A stretch of DNA of 64,000 bases. Origin: Octopus sinensis. Its lineage: Eukaryota. Made by a program: the position numbers and the translations under genes. Below, piece by piece: positions 28,445 through 41,707 of the stretch (position 1 is its first letter; the number at the start of each line of letters is the position of its first letter). The notes beneath the pieces are model-generated. The model had not been told where the DNA came from and did not search any database. It was given only the letters and a program-made list of their open reading frames with translations. The DNA is taken from assembly GCF_006345805.1 (NCBI RefSeq), contig NC_043003.1, positions 44,206,001 through 44,270,000 on the forward strand, in the 5' to 3' direction.

Positions 28445-30290
28445 TCTGTAAATTCAGCTCAAAGCTGCAGCCATGCTGATGGACCGCCGTTTTGCTACAC
28501 TGCTATTACTGAGAGTCACTTCCAATACGTGGCACTTGGTGAAGAATGGGGTTTGATGTAGCTACCCTCATTTGCACCTCTTTCTGTGAGGTAAGTTCAT
28601 CTGGGACTCTCGACAAGAAGAGGTCCAGCCTTGATTTAAAAATGCCTATATCTACTTTGTGCAGGTTCCTCAGGCTCTTTGGGAGAATATTAAAAAGCTG
28701 TGGGCCCCTGAAATCCAGGCTGTTATAGTAACAGGTCCTGAAGCGGGATGCCTTTGCTGGTATCTTTGGCACTATGCAGTGTCGACCTTGTGTAGCTTTC
28801 ATTGCCAAAATTTGGTAGACTTCCTTCCAGGATCCTTCAGATGTATATTACTGCATACCTCTCCCGAATTTGCACCAGGGAGTAGAGTCTTACCTGTTTT
28901 AGCCTTTCTCAGTAGCTGAACAGTTGCAAAGATACAATCTTCTATGTGAATCGTTGCTGGATTGCTTCAAGGTCTGTTGTTAATTTTACACTGTTGTGTA
29001 ACCATAGCTGGGAGCAGTAATCCAGGCGGCTGAGAACGAATGTTCTCCATGGGACCATCACGGTTTCATTATCTCTGGTTCTGAATTTCTCAGGATCCAT
29101 CCAGCCAGCCAGTCGTCTGCACTTTGCCACTACTGCCTGGCCTCTATCTATCAGAAATTATTGTAACCACTCTCCAGGTTTTCCAGCTATGCCGAGTTCA
29201 TGCAGTTTGTGGCATATCATATCATGATCCACTTTGTCAAAAGCTTTTCCAAAACCAAAGTATATAACGTCCACATTTGAGTTGTTGAGTAACCACCTCA
29301 CACCCAATCATAATGTTGCAAGAGCTGTGTCAGGCAGCTCCTACCTAGTCGGAAACCAGGCTGGGTGTCATTGAGCAAGTTATTTTCTTCAAGGAATGCG
29401 GTTAGTTTCCTTCTGACTAACCGTTCCATAACTTTACTGATGTGCGAAGTCAGAGAGATAGGCTTATAGTTTTTAGCCTCTGCTCTGCTTGTCCCTTTGT
29501 GGATTGGGTATATTATTCCCACCTTCAGCTTACCTGGCAGTCCACTATTTGCAAGAAAGCTCTGGAAGAGAATCTGGAGGTATGTTTCCGGGGCACGCTT
29601 ACACGATTGAGAATTGCTGGTAAACCATCAGGAACAGGAGTTGAGTTTGCGTCCACATCATCTGTGGCTAGTAGTATATCTTCTTCGCTAATGTCGACGT
29701 ATTCCATCGAAATTGCCTCACTGGTTATAGGTGAGGCGGCAAAGAAGTCTACTGGTTCATTCACTTGTCTATGTTCCAAAGGGGTGGTAAAGACGCTTTT
29801 GATCTGGTCATTCAGTTCTTCACTTATCCTCGTTGGACTGTCTGTGAGCGAGCCATCATTTTAGAAAAGGTGTCCTATCTTGCAGCGTACTGAGTCTGTT
29901 TTTCTCGCGTAATGAAAGAAAACGTTTGAGTTTGACTTAATGTTTTTGATAGCCCAAGCTTCTTTGTCTTCTTTCTCCCTCACATAGGATTGTTGCAGTC
30001 ATTTTTCAATTCCCATCAGTGTTGTATTTAGGCGGGATCTTTCGCTACTTTGGGGGTGTTGGTTGAGTTGATTTTCAACCTTCACTCGTCGTCCCATGAA
30101 GATCTTCCTCTCCCTTGGAATCTTGTTCCTATTTGTTTTGGCCGTGTGCTCTGGGACATGTTTCTGGCATATGGCTTGCACAAAAGACATGAAACATTCT
30201 AGTTTCATGCCGGTGTCTGGTGTGGAGAGACATTTCGGCCAGTCATGTCTGAGGATCTCTTTTTGGTTTGTTAAAACTACTTCGAAAGTA
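28445..30290 (-). mobile_element. CR1/L2-type LINE, 3' part of ORF2 with an internal deletion, plus 3' tail
   Basis: ORF pieces PIHKG..NYKPISLTSHISKVMER, QPGFRLGRSCLTQLL, VIYFGFGKAFDKVDH, RLDYCSQLW, FRGPQLFNILP and FKSRLDLFL; 3' stem-loop tail at 28452-28490. Confidence 0.92.
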
Positions 30291-31093
30291 TTACAGTGAT
30301 TTGCCGCATCATTCAGATAATTTGTTGAAGCTATTAGATTTGTCACCCAATTGAAAAGGTCAGGAAATACTCACATTTCGATAAGTAGAGCGTATTTAGA
30401 GGAGATATATTTGTGTGGAAAATCATATGATTTAATGTTGCGTGTTGAAATGAAAGAATCGACTGAAATGTCTCTTTGATACTTTATAACACTGAAAATC
30501 TATGGTCATATTTTGTTAATTCCTTAATAGCAGTAAGAGCAATAACGTGTCTAAATCTGTCATGCAACGTCGGCAGCCCTTTTCGCAGAATATATCTTTC
30601 AATTGCATCTCGTGCATTTTTGTATATTCCAAAAATAAAATATAGGATATAATATAATTTTACTGTCAATATAAATAGCTTCGGTGTGCGCTAGAGAGAA
30701 TTTGACCCCTGGCCGAGATAGATTTAATTATTGTATGCATACATTTACAATCGTATTATTTTCTACTAACAGTTAAGTGGAACGTGAAAGGTTCGCAGTC
30801 AGTATTTCAAATAAATACACTTTGTTTAACTTGCACTGATCCGACTGAAAACTGAAGGTTCAATAGATACGTGATACGAATCATCTGTTTGGCTGTCCGA
30901 CCGTCATTTTTGTCAAAGGGATTTTTTTTACTCAATGTATTAGCAGCTGATTTTTACAAGGAAATTCCCAATCAAGAAAATCTGCAAAAACAAAAGTGAA
31001 AATTAATTTTCACATAGTCACAAGAATTTATACAAGCACTTACTCACAATTATACACGTATACATACTTATATACACTAAACGACACCTCCAC

Positions 31094-31128
<35 letters not shown>

Positions 31129-31151
31129 TGTGTGTGTGCATGATGTATATA

Positions 31152-31209
<58 letters not shown>

Positions 31210-31253
31210 CATACATATATATATAAATGCGCATATATATATATGTATATATA

Positions 31254-31318
<65 letters not shown>

Positions 31319-32452
31319 CAGGATGAATTAAATATAGAGATATTCTATTAACAATCCAATAATATATTTATATTACAATGTTATATTAAATACTATGAAT
31401 ATAATATATAAAATAACACAATATTATATAAAATAAATCATTATAAAGCCATAAAAGGGCAACACATTCTTAAGACTTATATGTATTTTTCTGATATAAA
31501 TAATCTCAGTTCAATTATATATATATATATAGTCACTTCAGTGTTTGGGGTTTAGAAAAACACGAAATTCTATGTGAAAGGGTTTCTTTTCTTCAGCCGA
31601 AACTTATTAATTCACACACACACGCACACATACATACACACACACACACTCACAAACTTGTTTATACACACATATGCCTGTTTAATAAAGCTAGCCGACG
31701 CTACAATATAAGCGTATGAGAAATCATTACAACGAGAAATAGAGTGTGTAGTACAACATAGAGAAAAAAGAAATATCTTCAAAGAGTAAAATGAAAGTAT
31801 TATTGTATAACTTTCCCGATAGTTGTAGAAACTTAGCAACACACATAGCAAAGAACTTAGAGTCAAAGAAACTGATACAATTTTTCTTCTTCAGATATAT
31901 GCCAGAAAATATTTAATAAAGATTATGCAGCAAATGGTGTTATTAGATTCTTTTTTAATACCATTAGCTTGGAAATTTCGAACTACTACCAAAATTTTGC
32001 GACAGAACACCATAACAAAAAGAAATATGAGCACAAGTATTAAACACCATTAGATACTTTCTTAAAGGCTGTCGAAGAAACTGGCATACAATGCGAGAAC
32101 AACACATGCAATTGAACACTCAGAGGCACGCGCACACACACACACACACGCATGTATGAATACTTATACATGTATTGGTATACACACACACATATACATA
32201 TATATATGCACATACATCTATAAGTATGTGAATGTACATATATATATGCACATACATCTATAAGTATGTGAATGTACATATATACAAATTTATATGCATA
32301 TGTTTATTTATACATATATCTGTACATATATATACATATATTTATACACTTACATATAAATACATATATTTATACACATACATATATATACGTATATTTA
32401 TACACATACATATATATACTTATATTTATACACATATATATATATAATATAT

Positions 32453-32486
<34 letters not shown>

Positions 32487-32608
32487 ATATATATATATAT
32501 ATACATATATTTATACACATACATATATATACGTATATTTATACACACACACATATATATATATATATACATATATTTATACACATACATATATATTCAT
32601 ATATATTA

Positions 32609-32768
32609 CATCGACCCCAGTGCGTAACTGGTACTTAATTTATCGACTCCGAAATGATGAAAGGCAAAGTCGACCTCGGCGGAATTTGAACTCAGAACGT
32701 AACGGCAGACGAAATACCGCTAAGCATTTAGCCCGGCGTGCTGACTTTTCTGCCAGCTCGTCGCCTTA
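32609..32768 (-). mobile_element. tRNA-derived SINE (family of 35447)
   Basis: Reverse complement reads aggcgacgagctggcagaaaagtcagcacgccggg..gttctgagttcaaattccgccgaggtcgactttgcctttcatc..gataaattaagtaccagttacgcactggggtcgat, with A- and B-box-like motifs. Confidence 0.9.
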
Positions 32769-35240
32769 AATCCTGTCTATATACCATCTAGTTGAGCCTA
32801 TGCGGTTGGTCCAGATCCAAACTGGGGCATTAGGGAAATTCCCTTGATATCTGTCAGTTGGAAATGTCTCATCTGGTGCTTGAGGTTTTGACAACTCTAT
32901 CAGCTACCGCCACACAATTCCAGCGTGCGTGTAACACTAACCCTAACTATAACCACAACTAGCAGAAAAGGGTGAGACATACCCAGAAAGTCTTGCAGAC
33001 GCCTAAAGAAATCCTGCCGTTTGCCTTCAGTAGGGGTGTAGACCGCCACTTATCTAAAGACACCATCGTCACTATTGCTCACGTCCAGGACCACCAGCTT
33101 ATCGTCTGGGTCCTGGAAGTTCGACCTTACCTCTAGATCTTGCTTTTTCCTTAACAGCAGTGCCCCCACTCCCCCGTTCCTGGCCTACTAACATGCAAAG
33201 ATTTGATAGTCGTCGAAAATAGTCGCTAGTGTGCATGTATTGGAAATCCTGGTCTCACGGACAGTAATTATGTCCAATTCTAAAGAACTGAGGCCGTTGA
33301 GCTGACACTCCTGCTTCCAGGGCGACCCCAACCCTAGATCATTTAAACTCCATACTCTTAATATGGCCATGTTCGTCTAAAACAGAGAGATGAAAAGTTT
33401 ACTTCCCTTCTGGTGAGTTTAAAGGTCGGGTAGTACAACCTGCATAATTGGTGCGGTTATTTTTTTGTTTCGGAACACCATTTAAAAGGCTCTATGTGTA
33501 TTTCACGTTAGGGATTCCCATGTCCCGAGGAAAGCTGTCTTGGATGCTTGTGGAGGAATCGAGCGGCATTCGCTCCAAAAGCAAATCTGGTACAATAAAT
33601 GTATTCGATTCAAAAAGCTGCCCCTTTGTTTCTGTTTCACTGCTTTGTGTTACGAGGGCATCAATTCCTTGTTGGCCCTTTTGATAAGTACGAACATGAG
33701 TATTTTTGTTGCTGTTGTTTTATTTGTTTGTTTGACTGTGATGCTGATGGTCTTGTTGGTGTTATTTAAGTTGTTTCTGATTGCTCTCATAGGAGTATTT
33801 GCGGTTTAGGATGTTTCTGTGAGTGTTTGTTGCTGTGTCTGTTTAAGTTTTTCCGTTTGGAGGATTTTGGTGATGGTGATGTTGATGGTCGTGCTGGTGT
33901 TATTGGGGAGATATTTGCGTGGGTGGTGTTTGCTTTTTTTATTGTGAGTGTTGTTATGTTTTGTGGAGTCTTCTTGTCCTGTTTTTTTTTTGTTTTTGGT
34001 TTTTGTTGGCTTTTGGCTTTCCTTCATCTTCACTACTGGAAGCTGAGAAGTTTGTGGCTGTACGTGTGTCTGTGTGTATGTTTATGTTTTTGTATCTGTG
34101 TCTATTTGCTGTGGAAGTGGAGAAGCGAGAGAGCTTTTCTCGTTTCCTCTAGGTAGTCAATATCTTTGGTGGTGTTTCATTTGTTGTTGCTGCTGATTTT
34201 GCCAGTGCTGTTGTTGATTGTGGTCTTCACCCCGCGTAGGCTGCAGTGGGGACATTCGACCCCTTAGACCTGTTATCAGTTGAGAGCAGAAGTCCCGCAA
34301 ATGCCTTGTTTCACCACAAACGAAGCAATGTGGTTTCTTACTCCTCAGTTATTATGTGTATTTCTGCCCCCTTTTGGAGACTGATGTTGTACACTAAGGA
34401 TTTTACGTTTCCTCGCATGATCTGGAGAAGTATTCCCAGGTCAACACCGGACCAATCCTCTTTGACAGGTTACCTCTATCAGGACGGTATCAGACACTCG
34501 TTCGATTACTCATCCCGGAAGCCACCACATATCAAGTCCTAGGAATACGGACATGTTCTGTTCTTTTCCCAGATGGGAGGTTACATAATGACCCTGCTGG
34601 TTTTGCAAGGGTTCATCGAGTGCATCATAGCGAGTGATTCTGACTTAAAAATTCAATACCTGCTTGTGCTATTAAAGCAGCTTTCTTTGTCTCCGTTGTT
34701 TCAATGGTCTCTGACGGGAAAATTAAGTTGGCCCGGAGTTGCTCGTGTTTGATGAGTTTCAGGCTTCGGCCAACTTTACGTCTCTGTTTGTGAGTTCTAG
34801 GCTGAATCGAGGTCTCATTGATTATGTTGGAAATATTGGTATCGTAGTCGTTGTTGTTATTGCTTTTCCTGCTGCTACCAGTACTACCGCTGCTGTTGTT
34901 GTCTTTGCTGGAGTTTGTAATTTCTTCTCTTGTTTCTGCGGTGGTAAAGGGGCAGAAAGAAGCAAATAGAATTCATTGTCATACGTTCCATATAAGCTGT
35001 TATTATTATTGTCGTTCTTTTGATGTTGTTACTACTGTTGTTGTTGTTACAGCAGTCGCTGTCTTCTTCAATTTGGCTGTTCTGAATCGCGGATAACCCG
35101 CTGTTCTTTCCGGCGGACGGACGGTTTTCGTTCACCATCTTTGATTTTTGGGACGTTGTAACACAAGCAGATCCCAAAATAGCGCCTAAGAGTTACAAAT
35201 GGGAAAGGAATAATCAGTTCCACAAGGTTCTGGTTTGTTT
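32769..35240 (-). mobile_element. 5' half of an L1/Tx1-clade LINE: decayed ORF1 with a CCHC knuckle and the N-terminal APE endonuclease of ORF2
   Basis: ORF1 knuckle CFVCGETRHLRDFC (CX2CX4HX4C) near 34285-34325. ORF2 starts at 33370 (MAILRVWSLNDLGLG..DIITVRETR..GGVGALL..VAVYTP), matching APE motifs. No RT part present. Confidence 0.8.
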
Positions 35241-35446
35241 AACTAAGTAACAGTAAGAAATGTACAATGTAAAACATTGTATATCAATAAGAATAGTAGC
35301 AAAACTGACCCCGCGACATACGAGCATATGTTGATAGACGAACAACAACAACAACAATAATAATAATTATTATTATTACCATAACAATTATTCTGCCAGC
35401 TCACCGCCTTAATAGTAATAATAATATTAATATGCTTCTGCACTAA

Positions 35447-35820
35447 GGCGGCGATCTGGCAGAATCGTTAGTACGCCGTACGAAATGCTTTGCGGTATTT
35501 CGTCTGCCGCTACGTTCTGAGTTCAAATTCCGCCGAGGTCGACTTAGCCTTTCATCCTTTCGGGGTCGATTAAATAAGTACTAGATACGCACTGGGGTCG
35601 ATATAATCGACGTCATCCGTTTGTCTATCCTTGTTTGTCCTCTCTGTGTTTAGCCCCTTGTGGGTAGTAAAGAAATAGGTATTTCGACTGTTGCTACGTT
35701 CTGAGTTCAAATCCCTCGAGGTCGACTTTGCCTTTCCTCCTTTCGGGGGCTATAAATTAAGTACCAGTTGCGTAGTGAGGTCGATCTAATCGAATGGCCC
35801 CCTCGCCAAAAATATCGGTC
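35447..35820 (+). mobile_element. Dimeric tRNA-derived SINE
   Basis: Head ggcggcgatctggcagaatcgttag..gagttcaaattcc; the block ggtatttcg..ctacgttctgagttcaaat..gaggtcgact..cctttcgggg..aagtac repeats from about 35678. Confidence 0.9.
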
Positions 35821-37059
35821 TTTGCTTGTTGATTTTACTCGCTTTTCTTCTCTTTCGCTTTTCTTATCACCTGCTTCCAACAGTTCATTTGTTGATATAC
35901 ACAATTGCAGAGAATGTAGTGTTCACGTTTCATCTCCAATTATAGTTATATAAATATTAATCATTAATTTCATCACTCGCCGAGTAATTTATACTTTCTT
36001 CATTTTAACACTCTCTCACTCTACCTCTTCTTTGGGGATTATTTCTTTGTAATCAATCATGCATATTCACCACGAGTTTATTTTTCGTCTGTTTCATTCT
36101 CAGCTTTCTATCTCCTCTCAACCCATTTCCTAGTGTATACATTTGTTCAACTTTCATCTTTCAACATACAAATTAATTTCAAATTCCTCAATTCAGTAAA
36201 GCTTTTTATTTCTTTTGTAGTCTTTTCTCATATAGTCACCTCGTTTGACGTCTTTTACTTCTGCTTCAAACTCTGACACCTAAATTATTATTATTATTAT
36301 TATTATTGTTTTTATTTCAATCCTTCATAAAATGTATACTCTATATCTTGCTCATTTTTTGGGCTCTCCAACCCCCGTCTCTCTGCGTTGTTTCTTTCTC
36401 TTCGCTCCTATTACAACAATCCTTTTGCTTATATCCACAATCACATCAGTGACAGATAACACATTATTTATGTTTCATCATCCCTTAAAATATGAACATT
36501 TCGTGCGTAATTTCCGGAGTTATTTCCTTTGGGAATGGCAATATGGTTTCAGATGTATGCTGGTTGAATTGGCTTCCACTGAAAGTATTTGATGAAAAAA
36601 ATCCTTACTCAGATTACGGTCTGCTAGATCCACGTGACCTTGAACTTGGTACCCGGAACGTATGACTGTGCCTCATGAAAACGAGGGGATTTTAAGTCTG
36701 ATCTCATATTTCTTATAGAAATGGTGTCATGATAAAGATACTGATGACTGGGCACTTTAAGTTCACTACCTTCATATTTATTTACTGATGCTAAAAGTTT
36801 GATCAAATTGTTAGAATTAGCGGCAATTAACACAACAAAATTATGCCTTGGTGACCTTCCAGAAGATCCTAACTTATGCTAATATCTAGTGAGGATTGAT
36901 GTGAGATATATTCACCCTGATCATCACGACGGACATTTCATATTGAAATGCAGTAAAAAACTAAATACAGTAATTATGGACAATAACAAAGTAAGCCAGC
37001 AAATTAAACTGTAACACTAGTATGAATGCAATATGTATTTAGCAAAAACGTGGAGAAAG

Positions 37060-37660
37060 GAGCATATTTGATAAAAAATATTACAAACAATGACTGACCA
37101 AGCAACAACGATGATGAGAGAAACGAGTAGTTGACCAAATTAGTGTTTGAAGAAGTAAGGCAGCGAGTGGTTTTCAATAAGATGCTGATAAACGACTGAG
37201 ACATGTAAAAAAAGATAGGCATCATCAGAAGGAGTTCTTGAAGCAAATAATAAACATACGGACAATGGTAATGAAATTAGTAAAATGATATAACGAAAGT
37301 AGCACAGATAGACAAAATTTGTACAAGAATGATTATGATGGAAACATGTCCATGAAAATGCCGAAAGAGTTAATCTGAATAAAATCACTGAGGAGATTAG
37401 TAGAATCATGAATAATTTCACAAATCATATAACAAAACAAAAACTTTGTTATGAGCGGAAAATGTTTATGCAGCAAATCAGATTGGCCTAAAATAGAACT
37501 AAGAAGAACTAGTATGGGTTACAATTTCAAGAGATATGGGGATATGCAAGTGGCCAAAAGAGAAATTGATATATTGAAAAGAAAATGAAGCAACATCCAT
37601 TGGAAACTATAGTAATGCGATAAGAACTAGATTGGAAGTAAACAGAAAAAAATGCTGTTC
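37060..37660 (+). mobile_element. Possible decayed N-terminal region of a non-LTR retrotransposon ORF
   Basis: Purine-rich coding-like strand bias with broken frames and only a faint resemblance to R4-type N-termini. No diagnostic motif. Confidence 0.25.
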
Positions 37661-38991
37661 CAGTATGTGGGCTGTAATTATGAGCTGTAATTAGAGATGA
37701 TTCCTTTCCAGTAAATACATCTCACTATCTTTTCTTCATAATTAAAATTTTAAAAGATATATCGATACAAATTAACGTAAAGATACTTTATGAAACTTAC
37801 AGTCATTAGTTGCAGCAGCTAGTATTTTTGTTGAGTGTATTGTACTTTTTATTGTTATAGTCTTCTAAAAATCTGACTGAGCAGAAAGTTGACTAAAACC
37901 ACTCTGCCATATGTTGTCCTTCTTTCAGAAATTACGCAAGCAATTATAAGACGTGATGCTGCTATTTCAAGTTGTTTGACAGAAATGTAAGTGGTGCTTA
38001 TCTGCTATTTTTACGCGGTCCAAAAACTATATGAATATTCTGTTTTTTTTTTTGCTTTTTTTTTTGTCTGGTATCACCCTATAAGTTTACAAGAGATAAA
38101 TATACTGCAGTGGGTTGAATAAAACTCGTATCAAATTTTGCATGAATTCTTAGATAATAAATTCGTGCTAGTTCTGTATAGTGGGTTCCTGCTTTTATTC
38201 AACAAATTTCTCAAAAGGTTCACCTATTGTTTATCCACAACAGCTGTATCCATTAAAAGAATTGCATAACTGCACTTTAATGAAGAGATTTCCTCCAGAA
38301 ATATAATTCAAATACAGTAATTTAATACTCTCTCCTTAGAGAACGACAAACATTCAATGTAACAAGTGCATGTAATGAGAAAAAAAAATATATTGCATTT
38401 GCTCTTTTTATAACTTTGCTTCCAAGTTGTTCAGATGAGCGCCATTCTCCTGGCTTTGCGAGTCCAAACTTTTCGATTCTCAAAATGGTTGACTTAATTT
38501 AGCGAAACATAACTTTCTTTACATCTGAAGGATATACTGAAAATTCTAAGGACCCACCTCTTTTTGTTGTTGTGGAAATAGCAAATACAACTGATACATT
38601 GTCGAACCATACATCAAAATAAAGATCATATTCATAAAGAATATGACTATGATCTCTTCAAAATCAGGGTTAACAACTGGCTTGCCTTTATTTTATTAGT
38701 TTAGCGCTTATTTTATTATCCTCTTGTTTTATTTCCTTGTATTATCTCATTTATTGTAATCCTATTTGCTGTATTTTATTGTCATCTGTTCTTTTATCAC
38801 TTACTTTATTGCCAGCTGATCGTATTTCATTTAAATCTTTTATCAATTATTCTATGGTAACTTTTATTTATTCCCATAAATATGCTCAGTTTTATATGTG
38901 TGTGTGTATGGACGTACACTTGTGTGTATTTATATATAGATGTATTAGAATGCTCATATGTATATTTCCATAAATATGAATAAATGAAACG

Positions 38992-39030
<39 letters not shown>

Positions 39031-39173
39031 TTATCTGTGTTTCTAAAGTTAGCTGTTTGTTAGTTATACAGAGAGAGAGAGAGAGAGAGAGAGAGGGTCA
39101 GAGACTGAGATACTGACATACTAACACACGCACACACACTCACAAACACACAAACAAACAAGCACACACACAA

Positions 39174-39207
<34 letters not shown>

Positions 39208-39821
39208 CTATAAAGATGTAGTGTGATAGATAATGGTCTGTATGTATGGTAAATGATTCAAGATAATCGACATTTATCATGTATCATCTAAAAAATTTCC
39301 ATTCTTTTCTTTATGAATGTATTTCTTGCATACATGATGATAATATTGGGTTAACAGAAAATACAATGGCTATTAATTAAAGGAAATACAGTATATCATT
39401 TTTTACATTACATGTACTTGTTACCACAAAGATTTGTCTTTCAAACAGCAGAAAGTATCAATTTACTGTGTTTAGAGAGATTTTTCTTCTTTTCTTTATC
39501 CTACCTGACCCTATATTACTCTACTGTCTTTTCGTAATTTTATCAATGGAATATTTTCCTCTTTCCTTTTGCACTTCACCTTCTATTCATCGACATATTT
39601 TTTTCTTCTGTGACGAAGTGTATTGCGCCCAGGAGATGACTGCTCGGATTCTTGCCACTGTTTGCACTTTTCAAGAAATATTATTGTTGCTCTTCTTTTA
39701 TCGTAAGATATATATATAAGGTAGACCAGTAGGCATGGGTATTGAGAAGTAGTAAGAAAACAAAGAGGTGGTGGTTTCAAATCTCTTCCAGAAATTACAA
39801 ATGATCTACTTAAATATTACA

Positions 39822-40135
39822 TAGGCGCAGTAAGGCTGTGTGGTAAGTAGCTTGCTTACCAACCACACTTGGACAAATGTGTGTGCGTGTGTGTGAGTGT
39901 GTGTGTGTGTGCGCGTGTGTATGCGTGCGCGTGTTTGTCCCAGCAACATCGCTTGACAACCGATACTGGTGTGCTTACGTCACCGCAACATAGTGGTTCG
40001 GCAAAACAAACCGATACAATAAGTACTAGGATTACAAATAATTACAGAGAATAAGACCTGGGGTTGATTTGTTCTACTAAAGGTGGTGCTCCAGCATGGA
40101 CATAGTCAAATGACTAAAACAAGTAAAACAATAAA
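39822..40135 (+). mobile_element. tRNA-derived SINE with internal deletion (family of 52160)
   Basis: Head aggcgcag..ggctgtgtggtaagtagcttgcttaccaaccac; body cgcttgacaaccgatactggtgt; tail ggtggtgctccagcatgg..agtcaaatgactaaaacaagtaaaa. Confidence 0.85.
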
Positions 40136-40154
40136 GGAATACTTATATATGATT

Positions 40155-40348
40155 TTATTCGTTTCAGGCATTTTACTGCTGCTATGCTGGGGTACCGTGT
40201 TTAGTCAAACAAATCTACCCCAGGACTTATTTTCAGTAAGTCTAGTACTTATTCTAATGGTCTGTTTTGCCGATACACTAAATTACGGGGACGTAAACGC
40301 ACCATCATCGGTTGTCAAGTGAGGTCGATAGGATAAATACACACGCGT

Positions 40349-40379
<31 letters not shown>

Positions 40380-40500
40380 TATATATATATAATTTTCTTT
40401 CAGTTCCCGTCTACCAAATTCACTCACAAGGATTTGGTCGGACTGAGGCTATAGTAGAAGACACTTGACCTAGGTGCCACACAGGTATAACTCCTGCACC
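40155..40500 (-). mobile_element. tRNA-derived SINE (family of 52160), tail-to-tail with the previous copy
   Basis: gctggggtaccg..tagtacttattct..ttttgccga..acggggacgtaaac..cggttgtcaag..ttcagttcccgtctaccaaattcactcacaagg..gaagacacttg..ggtgccac. Confidence 0.85.
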
Positions 40501-40582
40501 TATATATATAAATATATATATATATATGTGTATATATGTATGTATGTAAGTATATATATATATATATATATAAATTATATAT

Positions 40583-40627
<45 letters not shown>

Positions 40628-40709
40628 ATATATATATATATATGTACATATGTATATACATATATATAGATATATAGATATATAAATTATATATATATGT
40701 TTATATACA

Positions 40710-40783
<74 letters not shown>

Positions 40784-40899
40784 TAGTAAAAAGTGAAAAG
40801 ACTACAGAAGGCTTGTTTTAAAAGGTTAAGAAATATATATTTGAGTCAATATGTCTGAAGAATATTATATTTTTTTTTCCTTACAATGACATAATTTAG

Positions 40900-40939
40900 A
40901 AGAACTGACCGGTTTCGCGTTTAGCTTTTCAAATTTCTT
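40900..40939 (-). ncRNA. Second copy of the hammerhead in the inverted pLTR
   Basis: Reverse complement AAGAAAT TTGAAAA GC taaac GC GAAA CCGG TC AGTTCTT; one mismatch in stem I. Confidence 0.7.
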
Positions 40940-41121
40940 ACGTCGTTATGTTTATGTTGAGAAGAGTTATCGTTATGTTTATGTTGAAGAGAGTTCTAGA
41001 TAAGGGGAGGTAATAAGTGATTTCTTCCGGTGTAAGGGAGATAATCGCTTAAAACTTTTTGCCTTTCCTTTGGGGTGAATTTCTCTGTATAAGTATGTTG
41101 GAATTGTTAAGTCTGGGCTTG

Positions 41122-41598
41122 CTTTCTGAAATTACGGATGCAAAAGTAAAAAAATGTGGTAGACCGAACTGTGCAACATGTCCAAACCTGCTAGAAGGAT
41201 CAGAATTCCTCTTCAAAGAGGGACAGAAATTGAACATCAAATCTAATTTTACTTGTGCCCCTGAAAACATAATTTATGTCATAAAATGCTCGGGCTGCCA
41301 CCAAGACTACGTGGGATCCACGGGACTATCACTCAGACGTAGATGCACACTGCATCGACAACAGATTGCATTCCCAGAATACAGAATGATACCTTTTAGT
41401 GAGCACATTGAGAAATGCGCAAAGCAACTACTACCACAATTTTTAATCTCTCCATTTTACCAATGTGCTATCGGAACACCAACACAAATTAGACTAAACA
41501 AGGAAACATTCTTCATTGAAAAGTACAAGCCCAGACTTAACCATTCCAACATACTTATACAGAGAAATTCACCCCAAAGGAAAGGCAAAAATTTTTAA
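41122..41598 (+). pseudogene. Penelope-type GIY-YIG endonuclease domain (open frame, 5'-truncated)
   Basis: CGRPNCATC..FTC..NIIYVIKCSGCHQDYVGSTG..RRRCTLH..SEH..E..I..P.LN: IIY/YVG motif with the CCHH residues typical of PLE endonucleases. The first ~21 codons of ORF 41059..41598 are antisense pLTR, not real protein. Confidence 0.9.
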
Positions 41599-41707
41599 GT
41601 GATTGTCTCCCTTACACAGGAAGAAATCACTTATTATCTCCCCTTATCTAGAACTCTCTTCAACATAAACATAACGATAACTCTCCTCAACATAAACATA
41701 ACGACGT

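Noticed and set aside
32195-32284. Exact 40-bp tandem duplication (and a ~100-bp one at 56740-56900)
   Set aside because: Ordinary slippage within TA/CA-rich low-complexity DNA.
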